Shown here piece after piece: positions 43,491-61,800 of a stretch of DNA of 64,000 nt. The translations under genes and the position numbers were made by a program. The stretch is from the human T2T-CHM13v2.0 reference genome, Homo sapiens, in NCBI RefSeq assembly GCF_009914755.1, contig NC_060947.1, one strand, 5' to 3'. Positions within the stretch are counted from its first letter, which is position 1; each line of letters opens with the position of its first letter. The notes below the pieces were generated by a model. That model saw only the letters and a list, made by a program, of their open reading frames with translations. It made no database searches and was not told where the DNA came from.

Positions 43491-45059
43491 TGGGCAGTGC
43501 CAGGCATTCAGTTCAGCAAGTTGCATCCCCTCTCTGGGTCCCAGTTTGTCACCTGTAAGTTAAGTGACAAGGGTGAACTCTAGGATCCCTTCCAGTTCCA
43601 GGGCTCTATGAATCCACTAGCCATCCCCTCTGCTCCACTACCACCCCCTTCCTAATAAGCTATCCCCAGTTTTGCATCCCACCCCATCTTACATGTTTGC
43701 AGTGGCTTCTCATTGATTATGACACAGTCCAAATTCGTGAGGTGACTTGCAAATTCGTGAGGTGACCCTCTACAATCTAGCCCAATGCTTCCCTACAGCC
43801 TCCTTCCTCGTTACTTATTCTCCACAGTGAACATTGTGTTTCCATCACACTCTCCTCTCCTTTTCTCTGCTCTTTCAATAAGGATGTGTCTTTTATGCAT
43901 TCATGAACAGGGTATAATGGAAAGAGTTTGGAGCCAGACCTGGGCTGGAATCCAAGTCCAGCTCTCATAAGCTGTGTGAAATTAGGCAGGTCACTTAAGC
44001 TCTCTGAGCCTATTTCCTCCTCTTCTGATGATCATTTCAAGAAGCAAATGAGATAATGTAGGTGAAGTGCCTAGCACAAACCTTAGTAGAGCTCAATAAA
44101 TGTGAGTTCTCTTCCCTCCTCCCTTTGTTGAAATGGCTGAACCTAAACAACATCATCCAATGATTAGTTTCAAAAACATTTTAGAAGAATAAATGTTGTA
44201 TGTAATTTGGTACCTTTCTTGCTAATCCTTCACTCAAGAAAAATCAAGTCACTCTGATTTCTTAGTCTGGCACCAGATAAATTCCCAGTCTATGCTCAAA
44301 CTGCTCCCTGGACTGCAACTGTCAGTGTCCAAGGCCTCTCGGCCCTAGTCATAAGAACATGAGAACATAGACACCTTTTTATTTCCTTTGCCAAGAAGCA
44401 TCAGCCAGCATCACCTAGGAACTTGTTGAAAATGTACATTCTCAGCCACCATCACCCTAGACCTGTGATCACAAACTCTGGGGATGGGCCCAGTAATCTG
44501 CATGTTATCCTGGGTGATTGTGATGCTCACTGGGGTTTGAGAACCTCCACTGCTCTAGGGCTTGGGGCTCATCTTGGGCCATGTGCCCCAGGGTTCCCTC
44601 CACCACCCTCTCCCCACCCAAGAAGAGGGAGGCATGACAGCAGAAGCTGGAGAACTCCAGAAGAAGTCGAGCTTTTGTCAGGAGGCCTTGGGGTAGCCGG
44701 TGCTCTTTGACAACTGTAGGAGCCTCAGGAACAGGTTGTGGAGCTCCACCCATAGCCCCGCCTCCCAGAACTAGACCCTCCTCCAGGTCACATGGTACAG
44801 TCCCCACCTCTGCACTAGGCCTCGCAAGACCAGAGACCCCTGACCTTTATGCCTATTCTGCACAGCCCCTAAAGCACTGGTTCTCAAAGTATGGGCCCTA
44901 GACCAACAGCTTCCCACCATCTTCCCACCTGGGAAGATGTTAGAAACACAAATTCTCAGGCCCCACCCCAGACCTACTATAGGTGATTCTGATAAAGGCT
45001 CAAGTTTGAGAACCACTGGCCTAGACTTTGCAAATGAGTTTAACTTAGTTTGCTTTTTA

Positions 45060-45530
<471 letters not shown>

Positions 45531-47304
45531 AAAAATGCTTTTAAAACCTTCCCATTCTCTGGCTACTTCTTTACTACACAGGAGATAAAAAGTAAGACAA
45601 AGACTTGCTGATGAGAGGATCTAGAAAGCCATGCTTCCTAATTAGGAGAAACTCCCTTTCCACTCTTCTGTTTGGATTTGTCTGTTCTGTCCATTCATTT
45701 TAAACGGGACCTGTGGCTGGTCCTACTTGATTTGTACTTGGTACTTATTTCTCCAATAGCTTGTTGCCACTGGTAAAAGCCTTGGCACACAACACAGAAC
45801 ACTTGGACTGTAATACAAACAAGCATTTCGAACAGAGATTTAAACCACTTTCATGACAGCCACTGACATGGCATGTTTTACAGCTGATATCAGTTCCAGT
45901 TGTGAAGACTCAGGGATTTCAGAAAATGAAGAAAATAAGGGGCACAAGTGGGGAGGCCTATTCCCCAGCTGGCAGACAAATTAGAGATCGAAACAGATCC
46001 AGGGAGCTCAATTAGTCAGGCTTTTTTATAGTGAAGGGGACAAGGGACGGGGCTTGGGCATGATTCAGCTGAGGAGCCCTCGCTGAGGAAGGAGAGGAGT
46101 GGGACATGGCAGGGCTGGCTGAGGGCATGGATAGGAGACACCGGGGCCTTAAGAGAGCTCTGTGGGTGAAGCCCGGGAGGGCAGAGCAGAGCCAGGGTCT
46201 CAGGACTAAAGTCTGAAAGTGTGGCCTGATAAAGGACTTCCCTCCCCAGCCAGAGTGATGGCTGCATGAGAGCCAAGTGGGCAAAGTTGTGTCCTGAAAA
46301 CAGAAGCAAGCCTGGGGGAGAGGTCAGAGCTCACCCTGTGTACCTGCCAGTCTGAGGGAGAGCAAAGTGCTAGAGTCTCCTTCACTTCCCTCTCAGCACC
46401 CTTGCGCCCCAACCAGGTCTGTGTGCGCCGCTTCCCTTTTCCCACTTGGAAGGAAACTATCACAGAGGCCAAGATGAACCCCTGGGACTCCACACCACTG
46501 TCCAGCTCAATGCCAAGCATAAGGCCATCCTAAAGAAAGCCGCTCGCCTGCTTGAGTTTTGTTTGTTTAAAAGGAACTCTCCCTGTCTTTCTCTTCCTGG
46601 AGTCTCCTCAGGGGCTCGAGTGGACCTGCCATAGGACACGGGCCTTGGCTTGGCACAGAGCATGTGGGCTCAATGGTTTCCGTCTTCCCCTCTTGACAAA
46701 TCTGGGCGGCCTGCTTCCTGGTTCTTACCTGAGAAAGATGTCAGAGCATCTCACGGGGAAGAAAAGGGAAGCCCCAGCTACCATGAGGGATGACGGGACA
46801 GGCAGGGGAGACCTATGATAGACAGAAGGGAGCTGCAGACCAGGCAGGCATTCTGTTAGCTCACTACAAGCTGCTGTCCCTGGGAGTCCTTCCTCTTGGT
46901 GCCAGCTGGCCACAGGTGCCAGCCTTCTGCAGTGAGTCAAGGAGATATGTTCTCTGGGTGCGCAGTGTTCAGAGGGAAGAAGGCACTTGTCTCACCTATG
47001 CACAAAGGACTAGATGAGTAGCTTGTTAGCTCATCCAGGTAGGGCTTATCCCAAGTGCAAGTGCACGTGTGTTTTGGTGGGGGTAGGGGACATTTAAATG
47101 GTATGATACATAGATTGTATGAATTTGCCAAAGTCATCAAATGGTATACTTAAAATTTATGCATTTCATTGTGTGAATATTTTTACCTAAGAAAAGAAAT
47201 GTAAACAAACATTGATCTCCAGTGATATGAAGACTAAAGTGTTTCAAGGGAAATGTCCTCATGTCTGCAACTTACTCTGAAATGCATCAGAAAATTAGAT
47301 GAGC

Positions 47305-48016
47305 AAATCAAAACCACAATGAGATACCATCTCACACCAGTTAGAATGGCGATCATTAAAAATTCAGGAAACAACAGGTGCTGGAGAGGATGTGGAGAAA
47401 TAAGAACACTTTTACACTGTTGGTGGGACTGTAAACTAGTTCAACCATTGTGGAAGACAGTGTGGCGATTCCTCAGGGATCTAGAACTAGAAATACCATT
47501 TGACCCAGCCATCCCATTACTGGGTATATACCCAAAGGATTATAAATCACGCTGCTATAAAGACACATGCACACGTATGTTTATTGTGGCCCTATTCACA
47601 ATAGCAAAGACTTGGAACCAACCCGAATGTCCATCAATGATAGACTGGATTAAGAAAATGTGGCACATATACACCATGAATACTATGCAGCCATAAAAAA
47701 GGATGAGTTCATGTCCTTTGTAGGGACATGGATGAAGCTGGAAACCATCATTCTCAGCAAACTATCGCAAGGACAGAAAACCAAACACCGCATGTTCTCA
47801 CTCATAGGTGGGAATTGAACAGTGAGAACACTTGGACACAAGAAGGGGAACATCACACACTGGGGCCTGTCATGGGGTGGAGGGAGAGGGGAGGGATAGC
47901 ATTAGGAGATATACCTAATGTAAATGACGAGTTAATGGGTGCAGCACACCAACATGGCACATGTATACATATGTAACAAACCTGCACATTGTGCACGTGT
48001 ACCCTGGAACTTAAAG

Positions 48017-48061
<45 letters not shown>
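47305..48061 (+). mobile_element. 5'-truncated L1PA4/5-like element with (TAA)n tail
   Basis: ORF2 C-terminus plus 3' UTR; TSD AGAAAATTAGATGAGC at 47289-47304 and 48062-48077. Confidence 0.92.
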
Positions 48062-48062
<1 letters not shown>

Positions 48063-48222
48063 GAAAATTAGATGAGCTGTTGGATGGATAGAAGAATAGA
48101 TAAATTCATAATAAAGCAAATACTGTAAATTTTAGCATCTAGTTGGTGTCTATATAAATGTTTGGTATATAGTTATTTCAACACTTTGTAAGTTTGAAAA
48201 TTTTCCATAATGAAATATTGGC

Positions 48223-49844
48223 AAAAATAATATTGTATTTGTCAGGTAGGTGTGGAAATTAGTATCATTCTTAAAGAGCTAAGTATGCAGGGGTGTTAGA
48301 TCTTATTATAGCTACTCTTAATTTACTAATCTGACCTCCAGAAAAAAAAAACTTGGAAAATGACAGAGTACTGTAAACTCAACAAATAGTGGTCCTAATT
48401 TCTACCACTGTGCTAAATGTGGAATATTTTCTAGAGCAGATTGGCATAGCCTCTGGTATAAGGTATGTAGCCATTAATTCGGCGACTGTTGTTTTTCATA
48501 CTATTTGAAAAAGAGGGTCAGAAAAAGTTCACATTCTTATGGGACAGACAAGAATATATATTAGTCATTTTGCTACATGGCTATGTTAACTCTGGTCCTC
48601 TGCCATAATACAGAAGAGATCTGAATATCTCAATATCCCACAGAACATCACCTGGATTCACTATATCACAGAAATCATGCTAATTAGACCAGATGAGCAA
48701 GAAGTAGCTTGCACATTGGTGGCCTTGGCAATGCACACTCACTCACAACATGGGAGATAAACCCTATGAAGATTGAGGGGCCTGGCATATAAACATATTT
48801 TTTTAGGTCGCCGTTGTTTAGGGGCACGCAGAGCAATCCCATCCATGATAAAAAAAAAAAAAACAAATTATTGCACCTTGCACCTCTCACAACAAGGAAG
48901 GAAAGTGCAACATCTGGAAGGCCTCGTTGAGTTCTGGGAGCAGTATATTCCTTACTTGTTAATACTGCTCTGACCCATACACTGAATGATGTCAGACAGC
49001 ATATACTGACTGACAGTTTTGAGTGGGAATCAAAGAAGTGCTCTGCAGCAGATTTATGCTACAGTGTAAGTAGCCATGCTTCTTGGGCCATATGACCAGA
49101 ATACCCTATGGTATTAAAGGTAGTAGTGGTAGGGGAAGATGCTATGTGGAGTTTATTGCAAACTGCATGGGATAATCACAATGCAGTCTGCAAGGTCATG
49201 CCCTCTTCAGAGAAGTACATGCCTTTGAAAAAAATTCTCTGATATGTTTTTGGGTCATAGTATAAATGTGGCAAAGTGATGATATGACATTATGTAAACA
49301 TGTGGCCACAACTACTCATCATGAGCTGGGTTTCATCAAACGCACCAAATCTGAAAGTGAAGTGGGCCTAGCAATAAGCTACTATAAGGAAGTGGTAAAT
49401 TCAGCACAAGCAGGACCAAAGGACGCAAGCAGCCAAATGAGCAGGTGGCTGAGTCCCCCATGTCATCCATCACAATTTCACCAGTATCTCTTCCTAAGCT
49501 CATGCTTATGATATATGGGGGCATCCCTCATGACCAGCTGACAAAGGAGGAAAAGCCTGCATTTGGTTCATGGATGGATTTCCATGGTGCATGGCTGTAA
49601 GCCAAAAATGAATGACAGCCACATTACAGCCCCACTGATGATGACCTTGAAAGAAGATGATGACAGATAACTCTAAAGGCCACTCTAGCTGAGACTGTCC
49701 TTTGAGCTTGCATCACAGATTGAATTCTCCTTCCATCCACTCCTGCTTCCTTCCTCTCTCTTCAGTAGGTGTTGAACCAAAGGTTTCTTCTTAATGAATC
49801 ATTATGTTCATTAACACCATCTCAGAGTGCTTCCTACTGCAATA
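48223..49844 (+). mobile_element. ERVL-type pol (RT) remnant plus partial LTR16C-like 3' LTR
   Basis: Decayed WRMTxxYxKLN...LEQI...YxAI RT-like segment; LTR16-like 3' half at about 49665-49844. Confidence 0.65.
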
Positions 49845-50356
49845 GTGCCAGTTTTTCTTTTACTTCTCAATTTGTAAAATCTCTTTGTATATTAGGAATG
49901 TTATTAGATGTAGTAGAGATATTTTCTATTAGTCTTTTGACTCTTTGTTTATAGTTTCGTTTGCAAAACAATTCATTTTTTTGTAACTGAATCTGTTAAC
50001 CTTTCCCTATATCTACCAAAAGATTATGACTTTGGCCGAACATGGTGGCACATGCCCGTAATCCCAGCACTTTGGGAGGCCGAGGCTGGTGGAATACTTG
50101 GGCTCAGAAGTTCAAGACCAGCTTAGGTAACATGGTGAGACCCCCATCTCTACAAAAGATACAAAAAAAAAAAGGATAATGACTTTGATGTATAGGCATT
50201 AACCTGAAAAGAACCATAGTATACTGTTAAAAGAAAGTTGTAGAATAATATATTTAGCAGCACTTATCAAACTCTTCTGGTTATAGGACTCACTCAATTT
50301 CTTCTTTGAAAACTCAGATTCAATAAGCATAGGGTGGGGCCCAGGAATCTATATTT

Positions 50357-50670
50357 TGTTTTTTTGTTGTTTTGTTTTGTTTTGTTTTTGAGATAGAGTT
50401 TCTCTCCTGTCGCCCAGGCTGGAGTGCAATGGCGCAATCTCGGCTCACTGCAACCTCCGCCTCTGGGTTCAAGTGATTCTCCTGCCTTAGCCTCCCAAGT
50501 AGCTGGGATTACAGGTGCCTGCCACCACGCCCGGCTAGTTTTTGTATTTTTAGTAGAGATGGCATTTCACCATGTTGGCCAGACTGGTCACGAACTGCTG
50601 ACCTCAGGTGATCCACCTGCCTCGGCCTCCCAAGGTGCTGGGATTAGAGGCATGAGCCACTTGGCCCAGC
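50357..50670 (-). mobile_element. AluSx-like
   Basis: TSD CAGGAATCTATATTT at 50342-50356 and 50671-50685. Confidence 0.9.
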
Positions 50671-51020
50671 CAGGAATCTATATTTTAACAACCACTCAAG
50701 ACAATTATATGATCAGATAAATTCGACCACAAAATATCACTCCATTTTTGTAATTTAAAAAAGGGGAGAAGGAACTCTCTATTTGTGTATGTGCATGTGT
50801 ATTTGTACATACTACAGAGGAAAGTGTGTAAGAATACACATCAGATTAATATTGCTTTCCTTAGGTGGGTGGAACCAGAAGAAATTAAAAGATTATGTAT
50901 TTTTATCCTTTTGTTATTTTTATTACAATGGGCATGAATTACTATAACTTTTTTTTAATCTAGTAAATTTTAAAAGCCATTTGAAACTGTCTTTTTTTTC
51001 TTTTACAAGAATCAAATAAA

Positions 51021-51335
<315 letters not shown>

Positions 51336-52893
51336 AGAAGCTTTCAGGAGAACTGTCTTGATTCTTGGCTAAGCCTTCTCTACCAGCTCCACCACAGCAT
51401 CAGGAATTCTCCCTGTATCAAGGGTGCTACACCTGGCCAGTGGTCAATGAGTTTTACACCCATGTGACTGTGAAATAGTTAACAGAGTTTCTACGTTGTT
51501 AAAATTTTGGTTCACACCAAAAATAGTTTATACAGGTTGTGTAACAGCTGCTGTTGCAATTATGTCTAATGGAAGGTTTTGATTCACACCAAAAACACTT
51601 ACATGTGTTTTGAGTGGCTAAAACTTCTGGTTTCCTAGGAACTAACTACACAAGTCTCCTCTAGGGACTCTGAAATCATCCTTCTTACTCTTGCCTGGTT
51701 CACTGCCTTGGAAACATTCAAAACAGATTGCTGATCTTCTAGGCACTGGGATTATAAGACTTGCTTGTACCTTTTATTTAGAAAAAAATGTTTTTCTGAT
51801 TATACAAGTAATTACAAGCTCACTGTAGAAAATTGTAAAAATATAGAAAAGTATAAAAACAAACAGAAGAAGAATCACTCATAACCCTACCACTCAGAAG
51901 CAACCACTCTTATGCTTTTGACATATTACCTTCCAGTTTTGTTTCCATGCACTTTTTACATAGTTGAGCTCATCCTAGACATATAATTTAATATATCGCT
52001 TTTATCATGCAATGTAATAATATAAGCAAGTTTTTATAAACCATGCTTTTATTACATTCCACTTTATATAGATGCACTCTGATTTACTTTATTATTCCCC
52101 TTTTATTCACACTTAAGTTATTTCTTTGGTAAAAGAAACATTGAAGCTTTTATCTTTGGGAATAAAACTATCTGAATTGGAAACCATCTCCCATTTCTAA
52201 TGCTGGTGATAACGTTGCCTAACAGTTGTACTCCAAAAAGGTACTCACCAATTTTCACCTTGTGATCATCATAGTGAATTCCAGGATATCTTAAGCCCAC
52301 CAACTAAGAGGTGGCTCTCCTGAAAATATAGAACAAGGAAACAAGTGAAATCATAGCTCCAGTGACAGGGAGGACAGTCATGTTATCCTAAAACCCCAAT
52401 ATACCAAACTTCCAGAACAGTGACAAAAATGGTATCCATTATATTTAGCCAAAACTCCTATGTATCTATTTCTATGTTGTGCTTTGTTCTTACCTGAAGT
52501 CAAAAACCTTTTCCACTTTGTTTGTTCTGGCAGAACTCTTTTAAAGGGAGAAGGGCCAGAAGACACCTTGTCTAGCAGAGCTGTGTGTTGCCATAAGAAA
52601 AATTACACTAAAACAGAAATGGTGTTTTTGAAAATCACACTGGCAATTTATTTAGGGCTAAAGACTCGTGAAGTTTAGAAGGACATATACTTTGTCATTC
52701 TAACTTTACACCACTTCAAACCTTTCTCCAAAATAAGACCATAGTTGCTTTAAAATACTCAAGAAAAAAAGGTGTGGCTCTATGAAGAAGTAGGTGAGAC
52801 AAAGATTAGTAAAATGTTGTAATTTTTGAAACTAGGTGATGGATATGGATTCTACTATTCTCTCCACCCTTGGGTATGCTGAAAATTTCCATA

Positions 52894-52895
<2 letters not shown>

Positions 52896-52948
<53 letters not shown>
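52896..52948. repeat. (AG)~26 microsatellite
   Basis: Direct reading. Confidence 0.95.
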
Positions 52949-52951
<3 letters not shown>

Positions 52952-53778
52952 GTATAAGGCATCTAAAAATTAAAAGTAAAAAAAAAAAATGAGCATAAGA
53001 CCCCATATGAATTGTAACATTTCACCTTGTTTGGGCCAGAATTTTCTTACCTGAAACTTACTTTCTAAAATAACTAGGAAACCACATAACAAGTTTTAAA
53101 GGACACATTTGGTTATGTCGTTTCTTGCTTATAATAATTTAGCTGTCTGTAACAAAATCCTATCAGTCCCTAAATAATTGATGAACTGATATTGCATTGG
53201 CTTAGAAGTTGTACTTCAATTAATGATTACTACCTTTCACATCTTCCCTAAGGAAAAGGTAGATGAACATGACTGACTTCACAGTTTTTGAGAAACCATC
53301 TCACCACCATCTATTGCACACAGAAAGGCAGATATTCCTGCAGCGTGGACAAAGCATGGCCTTTCTGTAGTCTGTGGTGCGTGGTCTCCATTTGATGCTG
53401 GCTCCCTCAGCAGAACCAGTTATTCTACCCAGTTTTCCCAAGTCTCTCTCCCAGCATCCGGCACATGATATTATGATATATCTCTCTACTGGTCTTTCTT
53501 CCCCTCTACAATGCCAATTATTTCAAAGTCAAGGCTATGTCTTATTCTATTTTTGTTTTTATATTAGTTGGTACAGTGTCTGGAAAGTGCTAAGGAACAT
53601 AAATGTATAATAAATGAACAAAGGAATAAATATACACAAGTACTGGAACTGGAGTATGCAAAAATAAGGTTAAGATCTGGCTTATATTTCTTAGTTGTTA
53701 CAGTCTTAAGAAAGTTTCTTAACCTAAGTGACTCTCAGCTATGAAATGGGAATTACAACGCCAAACTTTCCTACTTCA

Positions 53779-54203
<425 letters not shown>

Positions 54204-54540
54204 TTATGGCCCCTCTCATTGAGTTGCTGTGAGAATAAAATGAGGTGATATATGTAAAATACTTGGAAAAATACCTGGGACAGAGTAACCTTTCCAAAAT
54301 GGTAGTAGGCCTGATTATTCTCTTGTATGTGAAAGAGTTCAATTAGCTGGGGGTGATAGGATTATATGGGAGCCAGCAATATGGACCAGATGTCCTTTAA
54401 AATTTAAAATGACCAGTTGACCTCCATGATGTCTTGGTGGGCAATTTGGAATCCTTGTCTAAATAACATTAAACTGACATAGTCTGTGTGAGTTTATATG
54501 ACTGGCTCATGCCCTCACTGGGCCTGAGAGTGGCCCATCC

Positions 54541-54728
54541 GTGTATGTGTATGCATATGTGTGTATGTGTATATAAATAGATATGTATGTGTATATGTGT
54601 GTGTATATATGTGTGTGTGTGCAAGTATCTGTGTATATTTGTGTGTGTTTCTATGAAGGCATTGTGATGGGTCTGAGTATGTCCCCAATTGAAGTGCACA
54701 TATCTCTGTGTTTGTCTCTGTATACATG
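54541..54728. repeat. (TG)/(TA)-rich low-complexity tract
   Basis: Direct reading. Confidence 0.8.
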
Positions 54729-56830
54729 TGTATCTTAGCCTGTTCAGGCTGCATTAACAAAATACTTTAGACTGGGTAATTTATAAACAACAGAAATTTA
54801 TCTTTCACAGTTCTGTAGGCTGGGAAGTCTAAGATCAGGGCACTAGTAGATTGAGCGTCTGCTAACGACCTGCTCCTCATAGATGGCACCTTCTATGTGT
54901 CCTCACATGGTAGAAGGACAAAGGGACTAATAACCTCCCACAGGCCTCTTTTATAAGAGTACCAATCTAATTCATGAGAGCTCCACCCTCATGACCTAAT
55001 CACCTCCCAAAGGCCCCACCGCCTAATTCCATCACCTTGGTGATTAGGTTTTCTCTTAGCCTGTTCAGTGTTACTATAATAGAATACCTGAGACTAAGTA
55101 GTTTGTAAAGCAAAGAGGTTTATTTGCATCTGGTGAGGGCCTCAGGCTGCTTCAACTCATGAAGGAAAGAAGGGGAAGCTGGTTTATGCAAAGAGATCAT
55201 ATGGCAAGAGAGGAAGCAAGATGGAGGGGAGGTGTCAGTCTCTTTTTTTTTCTGAGACAGTCTTGCTCTGTCATCCAGGCTGAAGTGCAATGGCATGATC
55301 TTGCTGCAACCTCTGCCTTCTAGGTTCAAGCAATTATCTCACCTCAGGCTCCCCATTAGCTGGGATTACAGGCACCTGCCATCATGCCCAGGTGCCAGGC
55401 TCTTTTTAACAAACAGCTCTTGAGGGAAGGAAAAGACCCAGAACTTGGTCACTACCCCCATCCTAAGGCATTAATCTATTCATGAGGCATCACTCCCATG
55501 GCCTAAACACCTCCTACCAGGTCCCATGATACGGTTTGGATCTGTGTCCCCCTCAAATCTCACTTTCAGTTGTAATTCTCAGTATTGGAGGTGGGGCCTG
55601 GGGAAAGTGATTGGATCACCTTCTAATGGTTTAACACCATCCCCCTGGGTGCTGTTCTCACAATAATGAGTGACTTCTCACCAGATCTGGTCATTTAAAA
55701 GCATGTAGCACTTCCCCGTCTCTCCTGCCTGCTATGGCTGTGTAAGACACGTCTGCTTCCCTTTTATCTTCCACCATGATTGAAAGTTTCCTGAGGCCTC
55801 CTCAGAAACCATCATGCTTCCTGTACAGCCTGTAGAACCATGAGCCAATTAAACAGCTTTTCTTTATAAATTACCCAGTGTTGTGTATTTCTTTAGAGCA
55901 GTGTGAGAATGGACTAATACACTCCACCACTCAACATTGCCACATTGGGGATCAAATTTCAACATGAGGTTTAGAGAGGACAAACATCCAAAACATAGCA
56001 TTCTTCCCCTGGCCCCACAAAACTCAAGTTCTTCTCACATGCAACATACAATCACTTTATCCAAGAATCCCAAAAGTCTTAACTAGTTTTAGCATAGACT
56101 CAAAAGTTCAAAGTCTTATCTGAGACTCAAGTTAAGTTCCTTCCAGCTATGAGCCTGCAAAATAAAAAACAAATTATTTACTTCCAAGATTCAATGGTTT
56201 TAAGGGCATTGGGTAAACATGCTCATTTCCCACAGGGAGAAATTGGCCAAAAGAAAGGGGTAACAGGCCCCAGACAATTCCAAAACCCAGCAAGGCAGAC
56301 ATTAAACCTTAAAGCTCCAAATAATCTCCTTTAACTCCATGTCCCACATCCTGGGCATGCTGGTGGGAGGGGTAGACTTCCAAGGCCTCAGGCTGCCCCC
56401 GTCCCATGACTTTGCTGGACACAGCCCATGTGGCCACTCTCTTAGGGTTGGAATCTAATGCCAGCAACTTTTCCAGGCTGAGGTGGTATGCTGCCAGTTG
56501 TTTTACCATTCTAGAGTCCAGACAGAAGCCCCACCCCTGCAGCTCCACAGGGCCTTTACCCAATGGGGACTCTTGGTGGTAGCTCCACTCCTGGGACAGG
56601 TTTCTGCCTGGGCACCCAGGTTTTCCAATACATCCTCTAAAATCTTGGTGGAGGCAGTCACATCTCCATAGCTCTTTCATTCTGTGGACCCGCAGAATTA
56701 ACTCCATGTTGACATCACCAAGGCTTATGGCTTGTGCCCTCCATAATGGTAGCACAAGTATCTGGGGTCATTGGGGCCATCTGAGCCACGGCTGCTCCTG
56801 CCAGAGTGGCCCAGATTTTGGGGTCATTTT
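54728..56830 (-). mobile_element. Nested MaLR cluster: MST-like LTRs and MST-int, with an Alu fragment (55243-55392) and an opposite-strand MSTA-like LTR (55527-55921)
   Basis: MST LTR ends (TCTTAGCCTGTTCAG; TGATACGGTTTGGATCTGTGTCCC...GACTAATACA); internal sequence from about 55998. Confidence 0.75.
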
Positions 56831-57052
56831 TTACATACTCTTGACTATTAGCACCTGGATCCCTTTTAGTTTTGCTAATCTCCTTACTAAAGGGTGTCTC
56901 AGCTGCACCCTTCAGCTGTACCAAATGGCCACTGACTATCTTAAGTTCAGTCTCGCATATCCTCCTTTGAGTCTGCCTTATCATCATGCTGATTCCCTCA
57001 GTAATAATTTGAATAAATCTTTGTATATGCACACTACTTTTTTTTTTTTTTA

Positions 57053-57357
<305 letters not shown>

Positions 57358-58707
57358 TTAGATAATACTGGGTATGTAGATTAACTTGACCTGTCTGGAA
57401 CATGAATATATGAACATCTGTTCTACAAGTACATGACTTTAGTCACTTATTATGACATGTTAAATGACAGAAAATAACTATAGATTTAGTAACTGGTCTC
57501 CATTGAAAAATTTGTAAGGTACTCAGTTTTATAATTTTTTTTTAAGAGACAGGATCTTGCACTATTGCCCATACTGGGTGGTGCAATCATAGCTCACTCT
57601 AGCCTTGAACTCCTGGGCTCAAGCAATCCTTCTGCCTCAGCCTGTCCAGTAGCTGAGACTATAGGCACACACCACCATGCCTTGCTGATTTTTAAAATGT
57701 TTATGTTTTGTAGAGACAGAGGTTTCACTATGTTGCCCAGGCTGGTCTTGAACTCCTGGCTTCAAGAAATCCTCCCACCTGGGTTCCTAATTTATAGAGA
57801 CAGAAAGTACATTATTGGTTGATTAGGAGTTGGTGGTCACATGGGAAGAAAAGTGAAGTGACTGCTAATGGATATAGGGTTACTTTTAGGGAGGATGAAA
57901 ATTTTCTAAAATTACATTGTGGTGATAGTTTCTCAACCCAGTAAATATATTAAAAACATTGGCATGTACATTTTAAATGGGTTAATTTTTTAATGTGAAA
58001 TACACCTCCAAAAACTTAAAAAACAAATTTGCATGACTTTGACATGATCCTGAGGCTAATGGAACAACTCATATCCAATATGATGTGACTACACATATAT
58101 CTGTTAAAATAAAATAAATATTCTCTTCTGGTTTATAAGAGAAGGCAACTTACTATATTAATTCAGTGTTTGTCCTCCCATCTATGTGTAATTAGTATTT
58201 AAAAATACAAAGCACAGCTAAACAGATAGTTAAGTGAAACAGACCCTATTTGGGTCCTGAAAGGTTGCTTGCCCTAATGAGCCGGGTGCTCCTTGGGAAT
58301 AAATAGGCACTCGAATCTCCCCTATGCCATACTTTAAAGGGCATGTAAGTTCAAGTACAAATAGTCATCAGCAATTTTTCAGAGCTATTTTTGCTTTTTC
58401 CTACAGAGGGGGAAATGGAGCCCAATAATATATGCTATTTATAAGCACTCTTTTTTTTCCTCTAATGGACATTGCTATGTTTTCTGCTTTTGTACTCTAT
58501 GTTTCCCCCACTTCACTATCTTACTCTGTCACCTTTCTCTAATCTTTTCACAATCATGTTATGTTATAATAGCACCTTACAACAACCTTGGGCCCAGATT
58601 TGTGCACCTTGGTTCCTCTTAGCTACTTTTCAAGCACACAGTGAACTGCTGCAATCAAGAGGTTTTGATTTATTTTTTCTACCTCCTTTGCCATATGTTT
58701 AATGCTA

Positions 58708-59085
<378 letters not shown>

Positions 59086-59839
59086 AATCCCCCAAAACCC
59101 TCCTTAGTTGAATTCACAGCCTCTGCACCTACCTGAGCAGTATGTTCTTTCTGACAACTTGAAAGTGATTTTCCTTGATCTGTAAGTCTTGTATCATTCC
59201 TAAACCTTGATCCTCAAAAATTGCTTTTAGGTCCACCAGCTGGGAGTTGGAAGGGCAGATACTGTGGTATCTTCCCAGGACAACTTAAAGGCTAGAGCCT
59301 CCAAGGGGAAGGACCACTTTCAAGCTATATGTTCATTTCTTTTGATAGTAACTGGGTTGTAATACTGGCTAAAATGTGTTCAGCATAATAACAATAGCCA
59401 CCAATATGTGACAGGTTCCCCATGGGCAGCCCTTGTTCTTGCTACAGGTCCACCAGGGCATCCCCTAAATGAATGTAATCCAGGGAAAGAGTTTGTATTA
59501 TGCATCTTTATGAAATTTGATAGTTGTCAAACACCCTTGTTTTTTAATATTCTTCTCATCCATTAGCAATCCTTCTTCTTCTTCATGCAAACTGTTTCTC
59601 AAGATTATCCCAATTATCCAGAGATACTCAACTTTTACCTTTATCTTGGCACCCCATTTAGCAAAAGAAAGCCTAGTGATCAGCAAGGAAGCAACAATCT
59701 TAGAAGCCATGCCTCATGATAATTTTTCCCTCACCCTACTGGCTTTTCAAAGTACTTTATCCAAAAAAGATTATTCTCATATATCTTACACATCATTTTA
59801 TTGAAATGTTACTGTAGTGATAAGCCTTTTATATACATT

Positions 59840-61800
<1,961 letters not shown>

